Shown here piece by piece: positions 10,049 through 17,162 of a stretch of DNA of 35,433 nt. Origin of the DNA: an uncultured Bacilli bacterium (GTDB taxonomy: Bacteria > Bacillota_I > Bacilli_A > RF39 > UBA660); assembly GCA_947623705.1 (NCBI GenBank), contig CANQHT010000002.1, forward strand, positions 1 through 35,433, written 5' to 3'. The notes beneath the pieces were generated by a model. That model saw nothing but the letters and a program-made list of their open reading frames with translations, ran no database searches and was not told the DNA's origin. The number at the start of each line of letters is the position of its first letter. Position 1 is the stretch's first letter. The translations under genes were made by a program, and so were the position numbers.

Positions 10049-10066
10049 TTTACAATATATTGTAAA
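10049..10066. promoter_or_regulatory. Perfect 18-bp palindrome TTTACAATATATTGTAAA in a divergent intergenic region
   Basis: Read directly. It lies between the flippase gene (-) and 10141 (+). Confidence 0.3.
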
Positions 10067-10140
10067 TAGAAAATGTAAAATATAAATTAAAAAGTTGTAT
10101 TCAAAAATAAATTATTGTACTATGAATAGGTAAGGTAGGG

Positions 10141-10617
10141 ATGATGATAATGCTTCCAAATGACAATAATAATCAAAATAAAATAGTATTTGAAATTGGT
10201 AAAGGATTAAGAATATTTATGTTAGTGGTTTCTATAATATTTTTTATTCCTGCCATTGTATTTTTGATTCAAGCAATAAAAAATGCTAATATGGGTGAAC
10301 TTATTGGGGTATTAATTTTTGTAATATTGGCGTTAATTAGTTTATACTTATATTTATTATTTAATAAAAAAGTTGTATATGAAAATAATACTTTAACGAT
10401 TTATAATATTTTTGGTAAACATACTTCTATTAATGTTAAAGATATAAAACAAGCAATTGAAATGCCATTAGATGGAATGAAATTAATTTATGATGATAAT
10501 AAATATATTAAAATTGATGTACAAATGAATAACTATGCAAAGATTAAAGATATTTTAGAAAAAAACAATATATCTTATGAAGATAAAAATGGCAATAACG
10601 CTCCGAAGGGATGGTAA
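10141..10617 (+). CDS. Small membrane protein, unknown function
   Basis: Two predicted TM helices (LRIFMLVVSIIFFIPAIVFLIQAI; LIGVLIFVILALISLYLYLLF) and an upstream GGTAGGG RBS-like sequence. Confidence 0.55.
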   Translation: MMIMLPNDNNNQNKIVFEIGKGLRIFMLVVSIIFFIPAIVFLIQAIKNANMGELIGVLIFVILALISLYLYLLFNKKVVYENNTLTIYNIFGKHTSINVKDIKQAIEMPLDGMKLIYDDNKYIKIDVQMNNYAKIKDILEKNNISYEDKNGNNAPKGW

Positions 10618-11033
10618 TAAATATGGGAAAATTTTGTTTATATTATAAGAAAAATGGTAATTCATTACTTGGTGATGTCTTAAAGGTAAAAATAGATGAT
10701 AATGAAACTTTTGAAGTTAATAAAAACGAAGTATATGTGGTAGAACTTACTAATGGAACTCATAATTTTAAAATGTATTATGAAGGCTGGTCTAGTGAAG
10801 AATTAGTTGGTTATATAGATGAAAATATAGAAATAAATGGAGATACATATTATATTTATAAAGATCCTAAAACCATATATGGAAAAGGTAGTTTAATAAG
10901 AAAAAATTCTAAAAGTCCTGAAGAATTTACTAAAAATGTTAAAAAATCTAATATAACTTCAGCAGTTTTAGGATTGTTATTTATTATATTATTGTTTATT
11001 ATTGTCATTGTATTAGAAATAGTCACTGAGTGA
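10611..11033 (+). CDS. Hypothetical protein with C-terminal TM anchor
   Basis: Overlaps the previous ORF by 7 nt. C-terminal AVLGLLFIILLFIIVIVLEIV. Confidence 0.5.
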   Translation: MVINMGKFCLYYKKNGNSLLGDVLKVKIDDNETFEVNKNEVYVVELTNGTHNFKMYYEGWSSEELVGYIDENIEINGDTYYIYKDPKTIYGKGSLIRKNSKSPEEFTKNVKKSNITSAVLGLLFIILLFIIVIVLEIVTE

Positions 11034-11084
11034 TTATTAAATTAATAATGGTATTTTTTAATTAAAAAATGTGTAAAATTAACT

Positions 11085-11258
11085 ATGAAAAGAAATTTTT
11101 ATGTTATTTTTACTTTTTTTATATGTACTTTAATTTTATATTCTTTAAAAGTGGAAGCCGTACTACCTTTGACCGGTAAAACTATTGTCATTGATGCGGG
11201 ACACGGGCGATACTCTTATACCAAGACAAATAAAATAAGTATGTTAGAGCTGAAATAA
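11085..11258 (+). pseudogene. cwlD: 5' segment of a CwlD-type N-acetylmuramoyl-L-alanine amidase gene, interrupted after codon 41
   Basis: MKRNFYVIFTFFICTLILYSLKVEAVLPLTGKTIVIDAGHG is a TM/signal anchor plus the start of Amidase_3 (D-x-GHG). It is followed by 16 unrelated codons (RYSYTKTNKISMLELK) and a stop. Not in the ORF track because it is only 57 aa. Confidence 0.85.
11185..11225. repeat. attL (cwlD half-site + core ACACGG + element arm GCGATACTCTTATACCAA)
   Basis: The element arm at 11208..11225 is the imperfect inverted repeat of the right-end arm at 20368..20387. Confidence 0.7.
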
Positions 11259-11336
11259 TGCAATAAAACGGTATTGAATATCGTTTTTTTTTAAAATCGT
11301 GTTATAATTAAATAGAAAGATATAGAGGTGAATTTT

Positions 11337-11768
11337 ATGACATATGAAGAACAAAGAAAAGAAGCAATTTCTAGAATACAAGAATTAACAAAAAAATTTA
11401 ATCTTAATAATAATATGCTAGAATTTTTTCAAAACGGAAAAATTTACGGACTTGATTATGCAGATGTGGAAGATAAAAAGAAAGAAGATAGAAGTAAATT
11501 AATTTCTAATATTATAGAAAAGTGTCAAAAAGAATATAATTCAGTAGTTTACTATTTTAATATTGTTGATGTTAACTTTGAAGGGTATGATTTAGATATA
11601 TTAAGTATATTTTATGTTGGACAATATAAAGAAGATTGGGAAAATGAAAGACTATCAGAAAATAATGAGATGTATATACTAACTTATGACCTTAATACTC
11701 CAGAATATCCCGAGTTAGGTTTTGTAACAGTAACTTCCAAAGATGGAAACCTAATAAGAGCTTCATAA
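11337..11768 (+). CDS. Element cargo protein, unknown function (paralog of 13767..14195)
   Basis: ATG at 11337 lies 6 nt after the AGAGGTG RBS (the track starts at GTG 11328). It has its own extended -10 promoter (tgttataat) and is preceded by a hairpin plus T-run at about 11264..11292. Shares QRKEAI..L.K.FNLN..LE.F..GKI with the second copy. Confidence 0.65.
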   Translation: MTYEEQRKEAISRIQELTKKFNLNNNMLEFFQNGKIYGLDYADVEDKKKEDRSKLISNIIEKCQKEYNSVVYYFNIVDVNFEGYDLDILSIFYVGQYKEDWENERLSENNEMYILTYDLNTPEYPELGFVTVTSKDGNLIRAS

Positions 11769-11791
11769 GAATTTAAAACGACTAGTAAATA

Positions 11792-11998
11792 CTAATCGTT
11801 TTCTTTTTCGCCTCTAGTTTCTTTATTTTTAAGATTATCTAGGGCATACCTTATACATTGATTTATTAATTCATTTCTACTTACATCAATTTGTCCTGCA
11901 AGTTTGTCAATTTCTTCTAATGTTTCAATATCAATTCTTATTGTTGCAACTATTTTTTCGCTAGTTGTTGGTTTTTTATAAGGTTCAAATTCTTTCAT
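11792..11998 (-). CDS. Ribbon-helix-helix (CopG/MetJ-type) DNA-binding protein
   Basis: 68 aa. IVATIRIDIETLEEIDKLAGQIDVSRNELINQCIRYALDNL fits the beta-strand/helix/helix RHH pattern. RBS AGAAAGGGCGG. Confidence 0.65.
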   Translation of the reverse strand: MKEFEPYKKPTTSEKIVATIRIDIETLEEIDKLAGQIDVSRNELINQCIRYALDNLKNKETRGEKEND

Positions 11999-12112
11999 TT
12001 TAACCGCCCTTTCTACATATATATTGTAATAACTTTTAGAATTTATTCATATACTTAAATCTAGAAGCGACTATAGATTATAAAATATAATCATAAATAT
12101 AATCAAAAGTGT

Positions 12113-12141
12113 ATTGACAGCGAAAAATAACTATGTTAGAA
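12113..12141 (+). promoter_or_regulatory. Near-consensus sigma-A promoter
   Basis: TTGACA (12113..12118), a 17-bp spacer ending in TGt, then TAGAAT (12136..12141). Confidence 0.6.
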
Positions 12142-12147
12142 TTATAT

Positions 12148-12262
12148 TGTCGGTAATGAAGTGCTAAAATCCGACATTGTAGTAATTGTTGGTTGTAGTA
12201 TGTAGTTAAGCCAACAATAGCAGTATCGGAACACGGCAGTATCATGTGTTCCTTTTTTATTT
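12148..12262 (+). ncRNA. Candidate structured small RNA or cis-acting leader/attenuator (about 115 nt)
   Basis: It lies downstream of the promoter. Hairpins are tgtcgg/ccgaca (12147..12175) and ttgttgg/ccaacaa (12186..12217). An intrinsic terminator ggaacac-11 nt-gtgttcc plus TTTTTTATTT (12228..12262) ends 55 nt before the lipoprotein ATG. No riboswitch class recognised. Confidence 0.4.
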
Positions 12263-12316
12263 GATACAAGCATTGTTAAAATGTTTGAACATAAATTTAA
12301 AATGAGAGGTGTTAAA

Positions 12317-13333
12317 ATGAAAAAATTAAAATGTTTAAGTTTAGTTATGTTAGTAGCTTTAATGTTAACTGGTTGTGGTGGAAAAGATAGTGTTAGTAAT
12401 CTTAATAGTCCCGAAAAAGTTGTTGCTCGTTATTGTGATATACTTGTTAATGGAAATTATGGTGATATATTAGATATTGCTGATTTACCAGAAAGCGAAT
12501 TTATAACAAAAGATATAATTAACGGAGCAAAAGCCAATTTTCGTGAAAGATTTTTAGAAGAAAATGAAGAGGCAATTTCTTGTACTTATACTATGGCAAC
12601 TGAAGATGATGAAAAAGTATCTTATAAACTTGTAATAAACGAAAGTAGTACTAAAACGTTAGATATTAAGAAAAGCAATAATAAAGCTATAATAGATGAT
12701 ATTTATGTAGAAGCTAATATTTATAGTCCTTTAGGTTCAAGTGTAACTGTGGACAATATAGATATTTCAAAATATAAGATTTCCGAAACTTCTAATATAT
12801 ATGATAATTCAGCTGTAGAACATTATACTATAACAGTATTAAGTGATTACAATTATAGTGTTAAATCATCACACCCATTACTTTCAACTTCTCAAGAAGC
12901 AAATTTTACTGATGATGAAGAAGGACTATTAGTATTCTTTTCATACTATGTTGGCTACAAAAACTCTCCAGAGAAAAATGGATATGGAGAAAATATGACT
13001 GAAATTACAATTAAAGAAAAATATTATAATGAAATTGAAAAATTCGTTGATGAAACTATTGTACCAATTATTAAAGATGTTTCTGATAATAAAGATATTA
13101 GTAAGTATAATCAATATTTTGTAGATGGTGATGCTACTATTTTATCTAACAAAATAAACCCAAAATATTTAAGTGATAGTTTCCCAATTGAAACGATTAG
13201 TTTATATGGCGAAAATAAAGTAGAAATATTAATTCGTTATGCACACTCATCTAGTAACGGTGGTAGCGACTTCCATTGCAATTTAATGATTATTAGAAAT
13301 GGTGATAATTGGAAAATTGAAAGTGTGAGATAG
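12317..13333 (+). CDS. Lipoprotein, NTF2-like/DUF4878-like ends, unknown function
   Basis: MKKLKCLSLVMLVALMLTGCGG is a canonical lipobox. ATG 12317 follows RBS GAGAGGTG (the track start 12281 is an upstream in-frame extension). N-terminal SPEKVVARYCDILVNGNYGD and C-terminal LMIIRNGDNWKIESV look NTF2-like. Confidence 0.75.
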   Translation: MKKLKCLSLVMLVALMLTGCGGKDSVSNLNSPEKVVARYCDILVNGNYGDILDIADLPESEFITKDIINGAKANFRERFLEENEEAISCTYTMATEDDEKVSYKLVINESSTKTLDIKKSNNKAIIDDIYVEANIYSPLGSSVTVDNIDISKYKISETSNIYDNSAVEHYTITVLSDYNYSVKSSHPLLSTSQEANFTDDEEGLLVFFSYYVGYKNSPEKNGYGENMTEITIKEKYYNEIEKFVDETIVPIIKDVSDNKDISKYNQYFVDGDATILSNKINPKYLSDSFPIETISLYGENKVEILIRYAHSSSNGGSDFHCNLMIIRNGDNWKIESVR

Positions 13334-13589
13334 TACTATTAATAAATTATTATATGAGAACAATAGTAAAAGAAGTTAAACAAAACGAAGATATTTATAT
13401 TTTACATAGTATTATTGAATTATGTATTTGCATTATATTGATAAAGTACCAAAAAGCATTGTTAAACGATTATATAATTTATATAAAGAAACACTTAAAG
13501 AAATAGAAAAAGATTACGAAGATTTAGACATTAAAGATTATGAAATTATAGAAAGAATTATATTTGAAGATAAAAAACATTAAAAAAAG

Positions 13590-13633
13590 CAGAATGTTGG
13601 ATCATAAATAAATGTTCCAATGTTCTGTTTTTT
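13590..13633. terminator. Strong bidirectional rho-independent terminator
   Basis: A 12-bp stem cagaatgttgga / tccaatgttctg (two G-U pairs), with an A7 run upstream and a T6 run downstream. Confidence 0.65.
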
Positions 13634-13654
13634 GAATTTACCTAAAATAATTTA

Positions 13655-13690
13655 AAAAATACCATTTTAAATCTCTACAAATACCATATT
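13655..13690 (+). promoter_or_regulatory. Two direct copies of the AAATACCAT operator-like motif, 21 bp apart
   Basis: aaaaATACCATttta and acaaATACCATattt lie upstream of the 13767 gene. The same motif occurs three times at 14856..14912. Confidence 0.45.
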
Positions 13691-13766
13691 TAGTTATGAT
13701 ATCATTTACTCATCAACGAAATACTAGTTAATTGTTGAAAAAATAAATTTGAAAGGATATATTATT

Positions 13767-14195
13767 ATGAACGAAAAAAAACTTAAAGAAGCTCAAAGAA
13801 AAGAAGCAATTAAAAAATTAAAGAAATTAGAAAAATTATTCAATTTAAACCCAAAAGTGTTAGAAGATTTTGAATTAGGAAAAATTAATACTAGTTTATT
13901 TGACAAAATTGTTGAAACCCAAAACATAAAAAATCTTGATAAAATTATTACAGATTTTGAAAAAGAAAATAATGCATTAGTTTATCATTGTATAGGTGGT
14001 TACTTTAATTTAGTGTTTTTATTATTTGTCAACGAAGAATATCCTTCGCCATTGTATGATTTAGGTGATAAAAAATTTGCAATATTTTCTTATCGTACTA
14101 GTCTTACAAAAAATTGCACTTATTATAATATTATGGGTTTAGCAACTTTGGATAGTAATAAAGGAGTATTGACAGTAAAAAATTGGTTTTGCTGA
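13767..14195 (+). CDS. Element cargo protein, unknown function (paralog of 11337..11768)
   Basis: ATG 13767 follows RBS GAAAGGA (the track starts at TTG 13749). The N-terminal helix LKEAQRKEAIKKLKKLEKLFNLNPKVLEDFELGKI matches the first copy. Confidence 0.65.
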   Translation: MNEKKLKEAQRKEAIKKLKKLEKLFNLNPKVLEDFELGKINTSLFDKIVETQNIKNLDKIITDFEKENNALVYHCIGGYFNLVFLLFVNEEYPSPLYDLGDKKFAIFSYRTSLTKNCTYYNIMGLATLDSNKGVLTVKNWFC

Positions 14196-14243
14196 AAAAT
14201 AAAAAATTATAGATTTAAAGTGGTCTATAATTTTTTTGAATAA

Positions 14244-14840
14244 TTAATTATTATCAATTCTTGTACAATTATAATTTGCAATTTTTACTGATGGAGATAC
14301 AATGATTTTATAATACTTCTCTCTTAAATTCTCAACTTCAAAATCAAATTCATCTTGTTGGATATCTCCATTATTCTTTTTTTGTTCTAATAATTTTTTG
14401 TTATAAAAGTATTCTAATAAATATTCATTTGTAGAAAAATTTAATATTAACATAGGGTCTTCCTTATCATCACATAACGGAAATTCAATATCAAAAATTT
14501 GTTCAAAAGCAATTTCGGCTGTAATTTCTTTTTCATTAATATAATCACTAATACCAAATAAATAATCTAAACTAACATTAAATTTTTTAGAAATTTTTAA
14601 TGCTTTATCTAATGTTAAGCCACTATTTCCTTTTTCAATAGAATATAATGTTTCAACACTAAAACCATTAATATCTTTTACAAAATCTTCAGCTTTCAGT
14701 CCTAAATTTTTTTGTAAAGCTTTTACACGATTTCTAGCAATTTCTTTTACTTCGGTATTTTCACTAAAATTGTCTGCTTTTTTTTCTTTGTCTTCATCAA
14801 ATATTTTTTGTATCTTTTCATCTCTTTTAATTTCTTTCAT
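14244..14840 (-). CDS. XRE-family HTH transcriptional regulator (probable element repressor)
   Basis: HTH_3 pattern VKALQKNLGLKAEDFVKDINGFSVETLYSIEKGNSGLTLDKALKISKKFNVSLDYLFG. It is divergent from the transfer operon. RBS AGAAAGGAAA. Confidence 0.8.
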   Translation of the reverse strand: MKEIKRDEKIQKIFDEDKEKKADNFSENTEVKEIARNRVKALQKNLGLKAEDFVKDINGFSVETLYSIEKGNSGLTLDKALKISKKFNVSLDYLFGISDYINEKEITAEIAFEQIFDIEFPLCDDKEDPMLILNFSTNEYLLEYFYNKKLLEQKKNNGDIQQDEFDFEVENLREKYYKIIVSPSVKIANYNCTRIDNN

Positions 14841-14855
14841 AATTTTTCCTTTCTC

Positions 14856-14927
14856 ATAAATACCAAATTTTTTTAAATAAATACCATTTCAACATAATTT
14901 ATTTACCATATTATTTTGTAATATAAT
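14856..14927 (+). promoter_or_regulatory. Divergent control region: three operator-like repeats plus a -10 for the transfer operon
   Basis: ataaATACCAAattt, ataaATACCATttca and ttatTTACCATatta (20 and 23 bp apart), then TATAAT at 14922..14927. The last repeat overlaps the -35 position. A downstream 8-bp inverted repeat tcaagaga/tctcttga (14970..15016) lies in the leader. Confidence 0.5.
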
Positions 14928-15049
14928 GTTCTTACTCAAGCGAGATATAGGCCTATAAAAAGCTTGATTTCAAGAGATATTATATCATATATAAATTTGT
15001 GACACAATTCTCTTGATTTTAAAAAATTTAACGAATAGGAGGAAAAACT

Positions 15050-15370
15050 ATGATTTTCAAAATTAATGATATTGTGGTAGATTTTAAAGCCACCTTTGGA
15101 AATAATTTTGGTCTTGTGAACGTAGAAGAAAAGCGAAAATATGTAGATGGTGCTAGAACTGATGAAACATATTTTGTAAATACGATTGTTTGTTTTGATA
15201 AGCGTTTACGTACTTTTCAAATTAAGACAGATAAACAATTTGTATCTGCTCCACAAGAGGGCGACATTGTTGGTGTTGCTTTAGTTGGTGCTGTTGCTAA
15301 ACCTTATGTAATGAATAATCAGCTAGGGTTTACGGTAACAGTAGATGATATTAAAGTTATTAAAGAATAG
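15050..15370 (+). CDS. DUF961/HelP-like protein (Tn916 Orf22/23, ICEBs1 HelP family helicase processivity factor)
   Basis: 106 aa. The TFGN..F near the N-terminus and the V.LV....Y......GFT....DDI pattern near the C-terminus match my recollection of Tn916 Orf23-type proteins. It is the first gene before the FtsK-like gene, as in Tn916/ICEBs1. Strong AGGAGG RBS. Confidence 0.6.
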   Translation: MIFKINDIVVDFKATFGNNFGLVNVEEKRKYVDGARTDETYFVNTIVCFDKRLRTFQIKTDKQFVSAPQEGDIVGVALVGAVAKPYVMNNQLGFTVTVDDIKVIKE

Positions 15371-15410
15371 GAGAGCTTAATTGCTCTCGTCCCTACGGGG
15401 ACAGAAAGGA
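15371..15410 (+). repeat. Intercistronic double hairpin + RBS, copy 1
   Basis: gagagc-ttaatt-gctctc, then gtccc-tacg-gggac, then AGAAAGGA. The same architecture recurs at 15770..15809. Confidence 0.5.
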
Positions 15411-15416
15411 CTAATT

Positions 15417-15761
15417 ATGGTATATATTAAAAAAGATATGAATATAAAGAATAAATTAGATGAGATTTTTAATAAAGCTGAAAATTTTAGAAAAGATGGT
15501 GAGATAGCTAAAGCTTTATCAAGCTATAATGAATTCTTAAATGTCGGAGAAATGGTAAATGATTGCTCTAGACATCACGAGGCATATTGGGGTATGTGTT
15601 TAACTTGGTATCTTCACTCAAGAAATTGTAATAAATGGCATACCTTAATTGAATATTTATATGATATGACTATGGTTTATGCACCTATTGAAAAGAAAGA
15701 AGAATATAGCAAATTTTATAATGATAATATGCTTCATTTTAAAGAAGAAGTTACTAGCTAA
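15417..15761 (+). CDS. Hypothetical Cys/His/Trp-rich protein of the transfer operon
   Basis: ATG 15417 follows RBS AGAAAGGA (the track start TTG 15381 would run through the hairpins). Contains DCSRHHEAYWGMCLTWYLHSRNCNKWH. Confidence 0.55.
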   Translation: MVYIKKDMNIKNKLDEIFNKAENFRKDGEIAKALSSYNEFLNVGEMVNDCSRHHEAYWGMCLTWYLHSRNCNKWHTLIEYLYDMTMVYAPIEKKEEYSKFYNDNMLHFKEEVTS

Positions 15762-15769
15762 AATTTTAT

Positions 15770-15809
15770 GAGAGATTAAATTCTCTCTTCCCTAAATTGG
15801 GAGAAAGGA
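15770..15809 (+). repeat. Intercistronic double hairpin + RBS, copy 2
   Basis: gagaga-ttaaat-tctctc, then tccc-taaatt-ggga, then GAGAAAGGA, 8 nt before ATG 15817. Confidence 0.5.
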
Positions 15810-15816
15810 AAAATTT

Positions 15817-17052
15817 ATGAAAAATAATATTTTAAAAAAAATTAATCATATTAATTTAAAAATAATATTTATATTGTTATATATTGTATTAGCACAATTA
15901 ATATTTCATAGAGCTGAATATATTTTAATTAACTTTATGGAATTGAAACAAAATTCAATATTATATTATGTATATAAATATGGTCTTGGTATAATTTTAA
16001 CTTTAATTTTAATAGCACTAATAATAACTTTAAAAAGATTTAAGATTAACAAAAAGAAAGAAACAAAAGGTATGGAAGATATTAAATTAAAAAATGGAAA
16101 TAATGAATTTATGAGATGTGTTGATATTATTAAAGGAACAGAAGAAAACCAAAATATTTATGTACTAGAAACGAAAAATATTCCATTATCTATAATTAAA
16201 GAAAATAAAGACAAATTAGAAATGATATACGATATTAAAATAGATTATATAGAATATAAAAATGGTACTACTAAATATGTAAATGTTTATGGTACACCAA
16301 TGAAATATATTAAACCTAAATTATTTCAAGTGAATACGGAAGACCAATTTATGGCTAATTTTCAGTCGCTCCTAGTAGTTGGGACATCTGGGTCGGGTAA
16401 GACATATTACACTTATCAGCAGTTAGTTAAGCTGATATTAAATGTATCCAAAAGTAAAAATAAAAATAAAAATGAAAATGAAGCAAATTTTGAAAAGGTA
16501 TTAGTCTTTGTTAATGACAGAAAAAACGAAGATTTTATACAATTTAAAGATTGTCCTAATTATTATGGAATTAATGCAATAGATGGTATTAGAAAGGTAC
16601 ACGAGATATTTATGGAAAGGTTAAATAGTGGAGAAAGTAGCGAAGATAAACCTACTATTATATGTCTAATAGAGGAATATGCTGTTTTGTTAAATTCTCT
16701 AGATAAAAAAGAGGCAGAAGAAATAAAAGATAAAGTTGCAGATTTATTATTTGCTGGCCGTAGTAAAAAGGTCATACCTATTGTATCATTACAAAGGTGT
16801 GATTCTTCTTATTTTGTTAGGGGTAGCCGTGAACAGTTTAAGCGAATAGCTATATTGGGAAACAATTCTCCTATTTTATTAGATATGATATTAGGAAAAG
16901 ATTTGCAAAGTCAAATTACTGAAAATAACCCACAAGGTTATGGTTATCTTTACGAAGATGGTAACCCTAAATTGACCCGTTTTAAGGTTGGTAAAATTAC
17001 AGAAGAAGAAAAAGAAATGTTTGATAATGTTATAAGGAGCAAAATGTGTTAA
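15817..17052 (+). CDS. FtsK/SpoIIIE-TcpA-like DNA translocase (conjugative coupling protein, ConQ/Orf21-like)
   Basis: Two N-terminal TM helices, Walker A LLVVGTSGSGKTY and Walker B PTIICLIEEYAVLL. 411 aa. Confidence 0.8.
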   Translation: MKNNILKKINHINLKIIFILLYIVLAQLIFHRAEYILINFMELKQNSILYYVYKYGLGIILTLILIALIITLKRFKINKKKETKGMEDIKLKNGNNEFMRCVDIIKGTEENQNIYVLETKNIPLSIIKENKDKLEMIYDIKIDYIEYKNGTTKYVNVYGTPMKYIKPKLFQVNTEDQFMANFQSLLVVGTSGSGKTYYTYQQLVKLILNVSKSKNKNKNENEANFEKVLVFVNDRKNEDFIQFKDCPNYYGINAIDGIRKVHEIFMERLNSGESSEDKPTIICLIEEYAVLLNSLDKKEAEEIKDKVADLLFAGRSKKVIPIVSLQRCDSSYFVRGSREQFKRIAILGNNSPILLDMILGKDLQSQITENNPQGYGYLYEDGNPKLTRFKVGKITEEEKEMFDNVIRSKMC

Positions 17053-17135
17053 CGTGGCCGTACGGCGAAACGAAGTGGAAGCCAGTACGATCCACGTAGC
17101 CACTCGTAGAGTGGCGATATTGACTTGATATCTTA
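17052..17135 (+). promoter_or_regulatory. Candidate oriT (origin of transfer / double-strand origin)
   Basis: A GC-rich island in AT-rich DNA. It has a long imperfect hairpin acgtgg..cgtac..ggc / gcc..gtacg..ccacgt (17052..17097), a perfect hairpin gccactc-gta-gagtggc (17099..17115) and gatat-N7-atatc. It sits between the coupling-protein and Rep genes, where oriT sits in Tn916 and ICEBs1. Confidence 0.5.
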
Positions 17136-17162
17136 TAACACAAAAACATATTATTTAATTTT

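Noticed and set aside
12078-12269. A 63-aa minus-strand ORF between the RHH gene and the lipoprotein gene.
   Set aside because: It has no SD. It lies exactly antisense to a consensus promoter/hairpins/terminator unit that explains the region better.
13354-13583. Two overlapping short ORFs (50 aa at 13354..13506 and 53 aa at 13422..13583) that could be a frameshifted gene downstream of the lipoprotein gene.
   Set aside because: Neither has an RBS or a recognisable motif. It may be a decayed gene remnant, but there is not enough evidence to call it.
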